Shown: positions 16,433 to 24,843 of the stretch, one piece after another
How the letters are laid out: each line of letters starts with the position of its first letter
How positions within the stretch are numbered: position 1 is the first letter of the stretch
Assembly (NCBI GenBank): GCA_001787585.1
Contig: MFXW01000074.1
Location: 1 to 46,053, forward strand
DNA: 46,053 bases
Direction of reading: 5' to 3'
Origin: Candidatus Peribacteria bacterium RIFCSPHIGHO2_02_FULL_53_20
Lineage (GTDB): Bacteria; Patescibacteriota; Gracilibacteria; Peribacterales; Peribacteraceae
The notes under the pieces: model-generated
Seen by the model: only the letters and a program-made list of their open reading frames with translations
Databases searched by the model: none
Told to the model about the DNA's origin: nothing
Made by a program: the position numbers and the translations under genes

Positions 16433-16952
16433 ATTTGGCATTTGGCAAAGAAGTTGCCCATTTCCCTGAGATCATTGGTGCGGCATGGTGTGGGCATGAC
16501 GACCACCACATCATCTGTTGCCAATACTCGTCCTCAGGGACGAATGCTGGAAGAACGGACCGAAGCTTTCGCAGGTAGTGTAAGGACATTTTTGAAAATG
16601 ATTCCTAAAACGGTCGAGCAAGAAGATGATATGGCTCAATTGCGTAGGGCAGCAGGCTCGGTCGCTGCAAATTACATAGAGGCGAATGAAGCATTGGGAA
16701 AACCAGATTTTTGTATGCGCATTCGGATTTGTCTCAAGGAATCGAAGGAAGCCAGGCTCTGGCTCAGACTACTTGATGGTTGCCGTCCAGGAACTCCTCA
16801 AGAGGAATTGCGTCAAAGTCTTATCAATGAATCACATGAGTTAGTTCGCATTTTCGGTGCAATCTTACGAACAGTAAAGAAGACCCTTCACACTCAATAA
16901 TGTGCAGCAATGGTCAATGTCTACTGGGCAACTTCTTTGCCAAATGCCAAAT
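16433..16952. other. IVS-like cassette: four-helix-bundle gene bracketed by a perfect 28-bp inverted repeat
   Basis: Left arm 16433-16460 is atttggcatttggcaaagaagttgccca. Right arm 16925-16952 is tgggcaacttctttgccaaatgccaaat, its exact reverse complement. The arms contain a tandem ATTTGGC heptamer. Imperfect pairing extends about 10 nt outward. Confidence 0.85.
16544..16900 (+). CDS. Four-helix-bundle protein (TIGR02436; 23S rRNA intervening-sequence protein family)
   Basis: MLEERTEAFAGSVRTF...QLRRAAGSVAANYIEANEALGKPDFCMRIRICLKESKEARLWLRLL matches the family pattern (QL.RSA.S+.ANI.EA......DF..K..IA.KE..ET..WL). At 118 aa it has the typical size. An alternative start is 16496. Confidence 0.8.
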   Translation: MLEERTEAFAGSVRTFLKMIPKTVEQEDDMAQLRRAAGSVAANYIEANEALGKPDFCMRIRICLKESKEARLWLRLLDGCRPGTPQEELRQSLINESHELVRIFGAILRTVKKTLHTQ

Positions 16953-16972
16953 CGGTCAATTAGGATATAACC

Positions 16973-17707
16973 ATGTCTCTCCTCTCCACTTCCCATCTCT
17001 CCCTCTCCATCGGAGAACATCGCATTCTCTCGGATATTTCCTTCTCGGTGGACTCCGGAGAAATCATTGGACTCATTGGTCCCAATGGCTCCGGGAAAAC
17101 TACGTTGTTCAATGTTCTCTCCGGATTTCTCAAGCCGAGCACCGGAACCATTCATCTCCATGGTGAAGATATCACCACTCTTTCTCCAGCGAAGCGTGCT
17201 CGCTTCGGAATTGGTCGAGTCTTCCAGAACTTCGGCATTTTCCGCGATATGACACTTTTCGAAAATGTTCTCGTGGCTCTGGAAGCTCTTTCCAAAGAAG
17301 AGCGTGCTCTTAAAGGGGATCTCCGGAAGGTCTCAATGGAGACACTCGAAATGGTTGGCTTGCAATCACATGCCCATACGAAAGCAGGATCGCTCTCCGG
17401 TGGACAGATGCGACTTCTCGAAATCGCGCGCACTCTGATGTCCGGAAAAGAATTGTTCTTGCTCGATGAACCCACAGCTGGCGTTTCCCCGAAGCTCACG
17501 CAGCAAGTTGCCGATCTTATTCTGCAATTGAAGAAGCAGGGCAAGACCGTTCTCGTGGTGGAGCACGATCTCCCGTTCATCGGTCGTATCTGTGACAGGG
17601 TCATTGTCATGGATGTAGGTAAAGTTGTTTTAACAGGAAAACCCAATGAAGTGAAACAGTCCAAAGGGCTCCGGGAATTGTATTTTGGGGCGGATCCGAC
17701 GACCTGA
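16973..17707 (+). CDS. livG: ABC transporter ATP-binding protein, LivG-like
   Basis: Walker A GPNGSGKTT, signature LSGGQMRLLEIARTL, Walker B LFLLDEPTAG. It sits beside Liv-type binding protein and permease genes. Confidence 0.85.
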   Translation: MSLLSTSHLSLSIGEHRILSDISFSVDSGEIIGLIGPNGSGKTTLFNVLSGFLKPSTGTIHLHGEDITTLSPAKRARFGIGRVFQNFGIFRDMTLFENVLVALEALSKEERALKGDLRKVSMETLEMVGLQSHAHTKAGSLSGGQMRLLEIARTLMSGKELFLLDEPTAGVSPKLTQQVADLILQLKKQGKTVLVVEHDLPFIGRICDRVIVMDVGKVVLTGKPNEVKQSKGLRELYFGADPTT

Positions 17708-17826
17708 TCGGGTTCGGGTTCGGGTTTGGTTGTTGTGGGATAACAATACTTGCCCAAAGCGTCTTCCCTAGTACCCTAGGGGTCGAGTACTCTTACCATC
17801 CTTTTTGTCTCATTCCCTCATTTTTT

Positions 17827-18945
17827 ATGCGCAAGTTCTTCGCAGGTCTTTCTCTACTGAGTATTGCCCTTGCGGCATGTTCCGGTGCTTCGAATGAAAC
17901 GATCAAACTCGGTTACATCGGACCTCTGACTGGTGATGCTGCTTCCTACGGAGCAGACACGCTCCATGGAGTGCAAATTGCCGTTGATGAGATCAATGCT
18001 GCCGGAGGGATCGATGGCAAGCAGGTGGAGTTGATCGCTGAAGATGGTAAGTGCACCGGATCCGATGCTGCAACAGCTGCCCAGAAGCTCATAAATGTTG
18101 ATAAGGTCGTCGCCATCGTCGGCGGGCAGTGTTCCGGCGAAACGCTCGCAGCAGCGCCGATTGCCGAAGCCGCAAAAGTCGTCATGATTTCTCCCGTGAG
18201 CTCCAGTCCCGATGTGACGGAAGCCGGTGCATTCATTTTCCGCGATTATCCGAGTGATGCACTGAAGACGAAGGCCATGGCGAAAGTATTTGCGGAGAAA
18301 GGCTACGGAAAAATCGCCATCATCAGCGAGAATACGGATTATGCTACGGCTCTCCGTGATTCTCTCGTTGCAGCGGTGGGGGCAGATGCGGTGATGTTCA
18401 ATGAGACGACGGAGCCCGGAACCAAGGACTTCCGTTCGCTCATGACGCGTCTCGAAGATGCGAAGTTCGATGTCTTTGTCCCGAACGGTCAGAGCGATGC
18501 TTTCATCGCCGCCGCCATGCAGCAGTACCGCGAGGCTGGTTTCACCGAGCCCGCTTTCAGTCAGGATGTCGCGGATTCCGCGAACCTCGGGCAGATCGCC
18601 GGTGAGGCAGTGGAGGGGATGGAACTGATCAACACCTCTTCGAAACTTGGTGAAGGAGGAGCAGATTCCTTTGCGGTGCACTTTCGCGCAAAGTTCGGCG
18701 AGCCGCAGAGTAATTTGAGCTTTGCGACACTTGCCTACGATGCGACCAATCTTCTTGCGAAGGTCATCGGTGAAGTGGGAACGGATGGAACCGCCGTACG
18801 CGATGGAGTCGCGAAGATCACCTATGTAGGAGCGGCAGGCACATTCCACTTCGATGAAAACGGCGACGTCATCGGCATCGGATACGCTCTCAAGAAATTC
18901 GAAGACGGCAAGATCGTGGAACTGAGCACGGTCACGCCGGACTGA
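17827..18945 (+). CDS. ABC substrate-binding lipoprotein, Leu/Ile/Val-binding (type I PBP) family, copy 1
   Basis: Lipobox LAAC. IKLGYIGPLTGDAASYGADTLHGVQIAVDEINAAGGIDGKQVELIAEDGKC is typical of LivJ/K-like binding proteins. Confidence 0.85.
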   Translation: MRKFFAGLSLLSIALAACSGASNETIKLGYIGPLTGDAASYGADTLHGVQIAVDEINAAGGIDGKQVELIAEDGKCTGSDAATAAQKLINVDKVVAIVGGQCSGETLAAAPIAEAAKVVMISPVSSSPDVTEAGAFIFRDYPSDALKTKAMAKVFAEKGYGKIAIISENTDYATALRDSLVAAVGADAVMFNETTEPGTKDFRSLMTRLEDAKFDVFVPNGQSDAFIAAAMQQYREAGFTEPAFSQDVADSANLGQIAGEAVEGMELINTSSKLGEGGADSFAVHFRAKFGEPQSNLSFATLAYDATNLLAKVIGEVGTDGTAVRDGVAKITYVGAAGTFHFDENGDVIGIGYALKKFEDGKIVELSTVTPD

Positions 18946-18976
18946 TCCGGTTGCATTGTTTCTTTCCTCCATTCCC

Positions 18977-20089
18977 ATGCGAAAATTCCTCGCCCTCTCT
19001 TCCCTTCTCGGCATCGCACTTACCGCCTGCTCGGGATCCAATACCGGTATCATCAAGATCGGTTACATCGGTCCGCTCACGGGTGATATTGCCGCCATTG
19101 GGGCGGATACCATGAACGGTGCCAAGCTTGCTATTGACGAAGTGAATACCAAAGGAGGCATTGATGGTCGTCTCGTGGAACTTATCGCGGAGGACGGCAA
19201 ATGCTCCGGATCCGACGCCGCAACGGCTGCACAGAAGCTCGTGAGCGTCGATAAGGTTTCTGGCATTGTCGGAGGACAGTGCAGCAGCGAGACACTTGCC
19301 GCAGCCCCTATTGCCGAAGCCGCACAGATTGTTCTGATCTCTCCCGTGAGCTCCAGCCCCGACGTGACGCTGGCAGGAGAGTTCGTCTTCCGTCCGTACC
19401 CCAGTGATGATCTCAAAGGGAAGGCCATGGCGAATTACTTCAGCAAGCGTGGATTCACAAAAGTAGCCGTCATTTCCGAGAACACGGATTTCTGCCAGGG
19501 CATTCTCACTTCTGTGCAGAAATATCTTCCAGCAGGTATTGAGATTGTCTTTGACGAGAAAGTGGAGCCCGGAACAAAGGATTACCGCACGCTCCTGACG
19601 CGCTTGCAAGACATCGACTTCGATGTGTTCATCGTCAATAGCCAGTCGGAAACTACCGGTAGCGTGATGCTTGCGCAGATGCGGGAACTCGGACTCACGC
19701 AGCAAGCTCTGGGAGCTGATGTTCTCGATACGCCGAAAATGGCAGAGCTTGCCGGAGAGGCTGCCGAGAAACTCCATGTGATCTCTGTTCCTTCTATGGA
19801 AGAAACCTCACCATTCAGTCAGAAATTTATTGCTGCCTACGGCAAACCCCAATTCGGTCTCGTCTATGCGGCGCATGCCTATGATGCAGCCAGCGTTCTG
19901 CTCAAGGCTCTCACAGAAAGTGAAACCCCGGCGGGAGCGCGCGACGTTCTTGCGACGATGCCGCCGTATCAGGGTGCCACGGGCACGTTTAGCTTTGATG
20001 AGAATGGCGATGTCATCGGCATTCCGTATGTGCTGAAGGAATTCCAGGGGAGTTCGATCGTAAAGCTGGAGGACATTCCTCTCAATTAA
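18977..20089 (+). CDS. ABC substrate-binding lipoprotein, Leu/Ile/Val-binding family, copy 2 (paralog)
   Basis: Lipobox LTAC. IKIGYIGPLTGDIAAIGADTMNGAKLAIDEVNTKGGIDGRLVELIAEDGKC is collinear with copy 1. The ATG at 18977 lies inside track ORF 18956..20089. Confidence 0.85.
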   Translation: MRKFLALSSLLGIALTACSGSNTGIIKIGYIGPLTGDIAAIGADTMNGAKLAIDEVNTKGGIDGRLVELIAEDGKCSGSDAATAAQKLVSVDKVSGIVGGQCSSETLAAAPIAEAAQIVLISPVSSSPDVTLAGEFVFRPYPSDDLKGKAMANYFSKRGFTKVAVISENTDFCQGILTSVQKYLPAGIEIVFDEKVEPGTKDYRTLLTRLQDIDFDVFIVNSQSETTGSVMLAQMRELGLTQQALGADVLDTPKMAELAGEAAEKLHVISVPSMEETSPFSQKFIAAYGKPQFGLVYAAHAYDAASVLLKALTESETPAGARDVLATMPPYQGATGTFSFDENGDVIGIPYVLKEFQGSSIVKLEDIPLN

Positions 20090-20235
20090 CACCATCTCCG
20101 CAGCGGAGGATAACGATCCTCCGCTGCGTTTTGTGTTACCCTTCTTTCCAATGCAGCTTCTCGCAAATGCTCTCATCCACCTTCGCGCTTGCGGCGCTAC
20201 GGTGGACAAGTCGCCGATTACATTACTCATCGCAC

Positions 20236-21114
20236 ATGCAACTCTTTGCTAATGCCCTGATCGCCGGTTCCCTTGCGGCTCTGATCGCCGGAGGTCTTGC
20301 ACTTGTCTACGGAGTACTCGGTGTATTTAACTTGGCCCTCGGACAATTGGCTCTTACTGGTGGCTACGTCACCTGGTGGCTCCATCAAGTGCTTGATCTG
20401 CCCTTGTTTCCCAGTGTCATAGGAGGATTGATCACCGGAGCGTTGATGACATGGCTCACATTTGAAGTCTTCGTGAATCCGTTTTACAAACACCATCGCT
20501 TTCTTCCTCTTGTCACGACGATCGCCTGGAGCATGATCTTGGATGGTCTCATCCTTCTTGTTTTTGAAGAGCGACCGCGGAGCATTCTCCCCGGACTCAA
20601 GAAGACATTCGAAATCTTCGGAGCCCATATCAGTGTGGAGCAGTGCGTTCTCATTGCATTGACGCTCATTGCGCTCGTCGTCTTCGCGTACGTGTTCCAC
20701 TGCACGCCGTTTGGGCGCAAGCTTCGTGCCGTCGTGCAGCACGACACCGCGGCGCTCAGTCTTGGGATCAATGCTCCGGCACTCCACCGATTCATTTTCA
20801 TTCTCAGCGGTATTTTCGCCGGAGCCGGAGGGATCTTCATCGGTATCGACCAGAATCTTTCTCCCACATTGGCGTTCTCTCTCACGATCAAGGCCTACGC
20901 GGCGATCATTGCGGGAGGGAAGGGGAACATCTGGGGGGCGATTATTTGCGCTTACCTTATTGCTACTCTCGAACAGCTTCTCGTCGGTATTCACTGGTTC
21001 GGTGTGTTCTATGTTCCTGCGGGGTACCAACAAACTGTCGCGCTTCTTTTTATTATCATTTTCCTGCTCTGCCGCCCGAGCGGCATCTTCGCCGCACGCG
21101 CTCGCGCTGCATAA
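20236..21114 (+). CDS. livH: Branched-chain amino acid ABC permease, LivH-like
   Basis: MQLFANALIAGSLAALIAGGLALVYGVLGVFNLALGQL..., multi-pass. The ATG at 20236 is in frame with track ORF 20131..21114. Confidence 0.85.
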   Translation: MQLFANALIAGSLAALIAGGLALVYGVLGVFNLALGQLALTGGYVTWWLHQVLDLPLFPSVIGGLITGALMTWLTFEVFVNPFYKHHRFLPLVTTIAWSMILDGLILLVFEERPRSILPGLKKTFEIFGAHISVEQCVLIALTLIALVVFAYVFHCTPFGRKLRAVVQHDTAALSLGINAPALHRFIFILSGIFAGAGGIFIGIDQNLSPTLAFSLTIKAYAAIIAGGKGNIWGAIICAYLIATLEQLLVGIHWFGVFYVPAGYQQTVALLFIIIFLLCRPSGIFAARARAA

Positions 21115-21125
21115 CTCGCTCTTCT

Positions 21126-21980
21126 ATGGCTTTCGTCTGGCACTTGGTCATCCTCATTGGCACGTGGCTCCCCGGAGCACTCACCTACACGATGATTTTC
21201 GGGAAGGGGAAAATCCTCCACTTCGGACCGCTCGGAGTATCACTGATGACAAGCTATGCGACGTTTCTCACACTCGGTGCAACCGGCAGTTATCCCATCG
21301 CAGTCCTCACAGGACTCGGAAGTGCCATTGCGATTTCCGCCGTCTTCGCGTGGCTCTCGCTGCGACTCGAACCGGATGGTTTTGGCATCATGTCCATTGC
21401 CGTCCATCTTTCCGTTCTTTCCGTTGTGCTCAACTGGTCTTCACTCACGCGGGGGGCCCTCGGCATTCCACGGCTTCCGCGCGCGCCGTTTCCGGCTTCC
21501 CAGGAAGGGTTTGCATTGGTCATGGTCGTGATGTGCATCGTCTGGGTTCTCGGGATGTGGCTCCTCGATCGTTCGTCGTTCGGTAGAAAAATCGCCGCGC
21601 TTGCCGAACATGAATGGCACTCTGCCGCTCTCGGTGTCAGTCGTGCACGCGTGCACTTTCTTGCATTCATGGTCGGCGCACTGGGGGCGCTCTTCGGTAC
21701 GCTTCCCTATCACCACTACATCGGCTTGCTCCATCCGAACGATTACCAATTTCCCGGATTGATTTTTTTCGTGATGCTCGTGGTTGCGGGGAAGCCTGGC
21801 AGTGTCTTTGGGGTGACGATCTCGACGATTCTCCTTGTATTGCTCAAGGAATTGCTGCGTTTTGTTCCTCTTCCTCCCGATATTCTCGGACCCGTGCGAC
21901 TCATATTGTTCGGTGTCATTTTATTTGCTGCCGTGTGGTATAGGAGAGATACGCTGTTTCCGAAACAGCGGACGGTGTAG
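21126..21980 (+). CDS. livM: Branched-chain amino acid ABC permease, LivM-like
   Basis: Multi-pass sequence ...LTRGALGIPRLP...SFGRKIAALAEHEWHSAALGVS.... The ATG at 21126 is in frame with track ORF 20643..21980, whose 5-prime part overlaps livH. Confidence 0.8.
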   Translation: MAFVWHLVILIGTWLPGALTYTMIFGKGKILHFGPLGVSLMTSYATFLTLGATGSYPIAVLTGLGSAIAISAVFAWLSLRLEPDGFGIMSIAVHLSVLSVVLNWSSLTRGALGIPRLPRAPFPASQEGFALVMVVMCIVWVLGMWLLDRSSFGRKIAALAEHEWHSAALGVSRARVHFLAFMVGALGALFGTLPYHHYIGLLHPNDYQFPGLIFFVMLVVAGKPGSVFGVTISTILLVLLKELLRFVPLPPDILGPVRLILFGVILFAAVWYRRDTLFPKQRTV

Positions 21981-22007
21981 CAGTCTGCCTGCAACTGTGC
22001 GACTCCA

Positions 22008-22156
22008 TTATCCCCCCTATCCCCCGACCCCTTCCCCCACGGGGGAAGGGGAGCTCTGTTCAAGGAGAAGTCGTGTTCCTTCACCTTATAAAGTGTTCCC
22101 CCTCCTCCCGTGGAGGAGGGGGTCAGGGGGTGGGGGAGTTCGCGGGATTAGAGGAG
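22008..22156. repeat. G/C-tract composite palindromic element, copy A (short spacer)
   Basis: Left core is cccctatcccccgaccccttcccccacgggggaaggggagctctgtt. Right core is tccccctcctcccgtggaggagggggtcagggggtgggggag. Both cores recur at 37912-38070 and 43200-43345. Confidence 0.9.
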
Positions 22157-22171
22157 GAGGCTTTCTCCTGT

Positions 22172-23167
22172 ATGATTCTTCCAATGAACCTCTCCCAAAC
22201 TCTCCTCGGCGTCACCTTCGCAAACCCAACGATTCTGGCCTCTGGCATTATGGGCATCACCGCTTCGAGTTGGCGTCTCGTTGCAGAAAACGGCGCGGGG
22301 GGAATCACCACGAAATCGCTCTGGCTCAAGGAGCATAAGGGTCACAATAATCCCACGATCATTTCGACCGAGCACTGGACGCTCAATGCTGTCGGGGTTC
22401 CCGATGCGGGACCTGAAAAAGCGCGCGAGGAGATTGGCGATTTCATGAAGAAGAAACCCGTTCCCCTCATTGCCAATATCATCGCGGAGTCCGTGGAGAA
22501 CTTTGCGGCGACGGCGGAGGCGATCTTGCCTCTAAAGCCGGATTTTTTCGAAGTGAATATCAGCTGCCCAAATGTCGAAGATGAATTCGGCAAGCCCTTC
22601 GCATGTTCCGCTCCTGCAGCTGCGGCCGTTACGAAGGCAGTGAAGAAGGTGAGCGGCAAGACGCCGGTGTTGATCAAGCTTTCGCCGAACGTGGACAGCA
22701 TTGCCGCCATTGCCGATGCCTGCGCAAGCGCCGGTGCTGATGGGTTTACCGTCATCAACACAGTAGGACCGGGCATGGCGATCGACCTGCGGAGCCGCAT
22801 GCCGATCCTCGCCAATAAAGTCGGTGGACTTTCCGGTCCCGGTATCAAGCCCATCGCCGTGAAGTGTGTTGCGGATGTCTTCGGCGTAACGAAGGGGGCA
22901 CTGCCGATCATCGGGACAGGCGGCATCTACACCGGAGAAGATGCTATTGAGATCATGCTCGCCGGTGCATCCCTCGTCGGAATCGGCACGGCTGTCGGTG
23001 ACAGGGGAGTGGATGTCTTTGCAAAAATCTGCGACGAGATGCAGCTGTGGTGTACCAACGAAGGGGTCGATGAGATCTCTTCGCTCGTTGGGGGCATGCA
23101 TCGAGAGTTATCGCAACGTAATGCACCAACTCGCAAGCCGTCCCGTTCAGGGCGAACTCGGTCATAA
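22172..23167 (+). CDS. pyrD: Dihydroorotate dehydrogenase, class 1B catalytic subunit
   Basis: FANPTILASGIMG, active-site NISCPN, IKLSPN, GGLSGPGIKPIA, IIGTGGI. GGAGGAGG at 22153-22160. The track extension from 22073 is a read-through of the repeat element. Confidence 0.9.
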   Translation: MILPMNLSQTLLGVTFANPTILASGIMGITASSWRLVAENGAGGITTKSLWLKEHKGHNNPTIISTEHWTLNAVGVPDAGPEKAREEIGDFMKKKPVPLIANIIAESVENFAATAEAILPLKPDFFEVNISCPNVEDEFGKPFACSAPAAAAVTKAVKKVSGKTPVLIKLSPNVDSIAAIADACASAGADGFTVINTVGPGMAIDLRSRMPILANKVGGLSGPGIKPIAVKCVADVFGVTKGALPIIGTGGIYTGEDAIEIMLAGASLVGIGTAVGDRGVDVFAKICDEMQLWCTNEGVDEISSLVGGMHRELSQRNAPTRKPSRSGRTRS

Positions 23168-23177
23168 CCTCATAACT

Positions 23178-24038
23178 ATGTCTTCAATCCCTCTCCAAAG
23201 CAGGCTTCCAAAAACGTACAGGATCAAAGCGATCAAGCAGGAGACGGAAATGGTCCGAACGTATACGTTCGACGGATCGCTCGGAGCGAGGCCCGGGCAA
23301 TTTGTGATGCTCTGGCTTCCGGGCATTGATGAGAAGCCGTTCAGTGTTGCATTTGATAATGGTGCTGAGACGAAGATCACCTTCTTTGCTGTAGGACCTA
23401 TGTCCGAGGAACTTTCGCAGTGTTGCGTTGGGGATCTTGTGGGATTGCGCGGTCCCTTTGGCACGTGCTACGAATGGAAGCACGGTCAACATATCGCGCT
23501 CGTTGCGGGAGGCTACGGTGCGGCTCCGATGTATTTCGTCGCCGCGGAGACCGTGCATCATGGTTGTACATTGGAAGTATTTGTGGGAGCACGGAGCAAA
23601 GAACATCTCTTGTATCTGGAAGAATTGGAATCGCTTCCGCATGTATCTTTGCATGTCGCGACCAATGACGGGTCAATGGGGTTCAAGGGATTCAATGTGC
23701 AGCATCTCGGAAAAATGCTGGAGGCAGTACAGGGGAAGAAGAGATTGAAAGGAAACAAGGGAGGGGATTTGGATCCCATAGATCAGGTATTTGCCTGTGG
23801 ACCCGAGATGATGCTCAAGGCGGTTTCGGAACTTACGGCAAAGTACAAGATTCCTTCACAGCTTTCTTTGGAGCGGTATATGAAGTGTGGGTACGGACTC
23901 TGCGGTAACTGTGTGGTCGATCCGCTTGGCATTCGCCTCTGTTGCGAAGGGCCGGTGGTGAAAAATGATGCGTGTATGAAGATTGAAGAGTTCGGGAAGT
24001 ATCACAGAGATGCGTTGGGGAAGAAGCATGCGTTTTAG
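23178..24038 (+). CDS. pyrK: Dihydroorotate dehydrogenase electron-transfer subunit (FAD/2Fe-2S)
   Basis: PGQFVMLWLPGIDEKPFSV, LVAGGYGAAPM, C-terminal cluster CGYGLCGNCV...CCEGP. The ATG at 23178 is in frame with track ORF 22941..24038. Confidence 0.85.
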   Translation: MSSIPLQSRLPKTYRIKAIKQETEMVRTYTFDGSLGARPGQFVMLWLPGIDEKPFSVAFDNGAETKITFFAVGPMSEELSQCCVGDLVGLRGPFGTCYEWKHGQHIALVAGGYGAAPMYFVAAETVHHGCTLEVFVGARSKEHLLYLEELESLPHVSLHVATNDGSMGFKGFNVQHLGKMLEAVQGKKRLKGNKGGDLDPIDQVFACGPEMMLKAVSELTAKYKIPSQLSLERYMKCGYGLCGNCVVDPLGIRLCCEGPVVKNDACMKIEEFGKYHRDALGKKHAF

Positions 24039-24075
24039 GATGAGGATTTGGTTTAGGATTTGTGGCAAGCCAAAT

Positions 24076-24100
24076 TAGCACTCTATGCATGAGAGTGCTA
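24076..24100. promoter_or_regulatory. Near-perfect 25-nt palindrome (operator-like, or the pyrK 3-prime hairpin)
   Basis: tagcactct-atgcatg-agagtgcta: 9-bp perfect arms around an ATGCAT core. It lies 38 nt after the pyrK stop and 58 nt before the micro-ORF. Confidence 0.4.
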
Positions 24101-24157
24101 GACAAACATTTATCCATCCATTACACTGTGCCTGTTCTATTTCTTCCCACCATATTT

Positions 24158-24223
24158 ATGTTCTCCTTTGGTGGCGGTGGCTGTTGCGGTCACCACGGCG
24201 GAGGATGCGGTTGCGGAAATTAA
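24158..24223 (+). CDS. Candidate micro-ORF encoding MFSFGGGGCCGHHGGGCGCGN (21 aa, Gly/Cys/His-rich)
   Basis: Hand-translated ATG...TAA, too short for the ORF track. No obvious Shine-Dalgarno sequence. An intrinsic terminator follows 22 nt downstream. Confidence 0.3.
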   Translation: MFSFGGGGCCGHHGGGCGCGN

Positions 24224-24245
24224 TTTCTGCGATGCATTCCCAAAG

Positions 24246-24274
24246 CGACCGGCAGCGATGCTGGTCGTTTTTTA
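24246..24274 (+). terminator. Intrinsic terminator
   Basis: cgaccggc-agcgat-gctggtcg (8-bp stem with one G-U pair) followed by ttttttatt. Confidence 0.65.
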
Positions 24275-24304
24275 TTGCACAGCCGCACCCGCGGAGGGAT
24301 GCGG

Positions 24305-24742
24305 CTAAAGCCTGATTTCTTGTTCTACCCAAAAGACTTCAATCGCTCTCTGCATCCTTGCCCCTCGTTCCACCGTTTCTCGCCGCCTCTCTTTCACATG
24401 CACCGGAACACTGCGTTCCGTTCCCATTCTCAGGAGCAGCAATGCATGGAGCATGAGTCCGCTCAGGATGAGAATCATGCCGAGGATGATCGTAATGCCG
24501 GCAGCGGTGCTCGTGCCCTCCAAGACCGGAGCGGCTGCATGGGGAGCGGCAGCGATCATTGCTGGGGCGATTACTCCGGCAGTTTCTTCTGCAGTCACGC
24601 TCGTGACGCTTCCTTGCCCTGTGAGGTTTCCCAAAAGGTGCCCGACTCCGCCAAGTCCAAGCATTGTAAGACCCATCAGAATCGAACCTGCGGCGATGAT
24701 CTGCAGGAGGGTGAAATCGTGGATTTTGTGTGTATTTGACAT
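24305..24742 (-). CDS. Hypothetical membrane protein (145 aa, two hydrophobic helices)
   Basis: LLQIIAAGSILMGLTMLGLGGVG and AAGITIILGMILILSGLMLHALLLL. Divergent from the ECF sigma gene. Confidence 0.55.
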   Translation of the reverse strand: MSNTHKIHDFTLLQIIAAGSILMGLTMLGLGGVGHLLGNLTGQGSVTSVTAEETAGVIAPAMIAAAPHAAAPVLEGTSTAAGITIILGMILILSGLMLHALLLLRMGTERSVPVHVKERRRETVERGARMQRAIEVFWVEQEIRL

Positions 24743-24843
24743 ATTTTAATAATATTATACAACATTCTTTACTTGTGTACAACCCCCTCAAAACGTCGCT
24801 CACGTAAGTGGAGACCCCTTCCTTCGTCACCTACAATGTTGGC

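Noticed and set aside
17708-17727. Short tandem repeat (CGGGTT)x3 after the ATPase gene
   Set aside because: It has only three units, no inverted partner and no obvious structure. It is too small to interpret and is noted only for completeness.
17854-19777. Two long minus-strand ORFs (400 aa and 281 aa)
   Set aside because: They are antisense to the two LivJ-like binding-protein genes, which carry clear lipoprotein signals and family motifs. The antisense translations are Arg/Cys/His-rich nonsense.
22073-22171. Upstream extension of the pyrD ORF (MFLHLIKCSPSSRGGGGQGVGEFAGLEEEAFSC)
   Set aside because: This is a translation of the right arm of repeat copy A. Similar Gly/Pro-rich pseudo-peptides appear wherever the element occurs (ORFs around 37967-38297 and 43280-43550). 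pyrD homology starts after the ATG at 22172.
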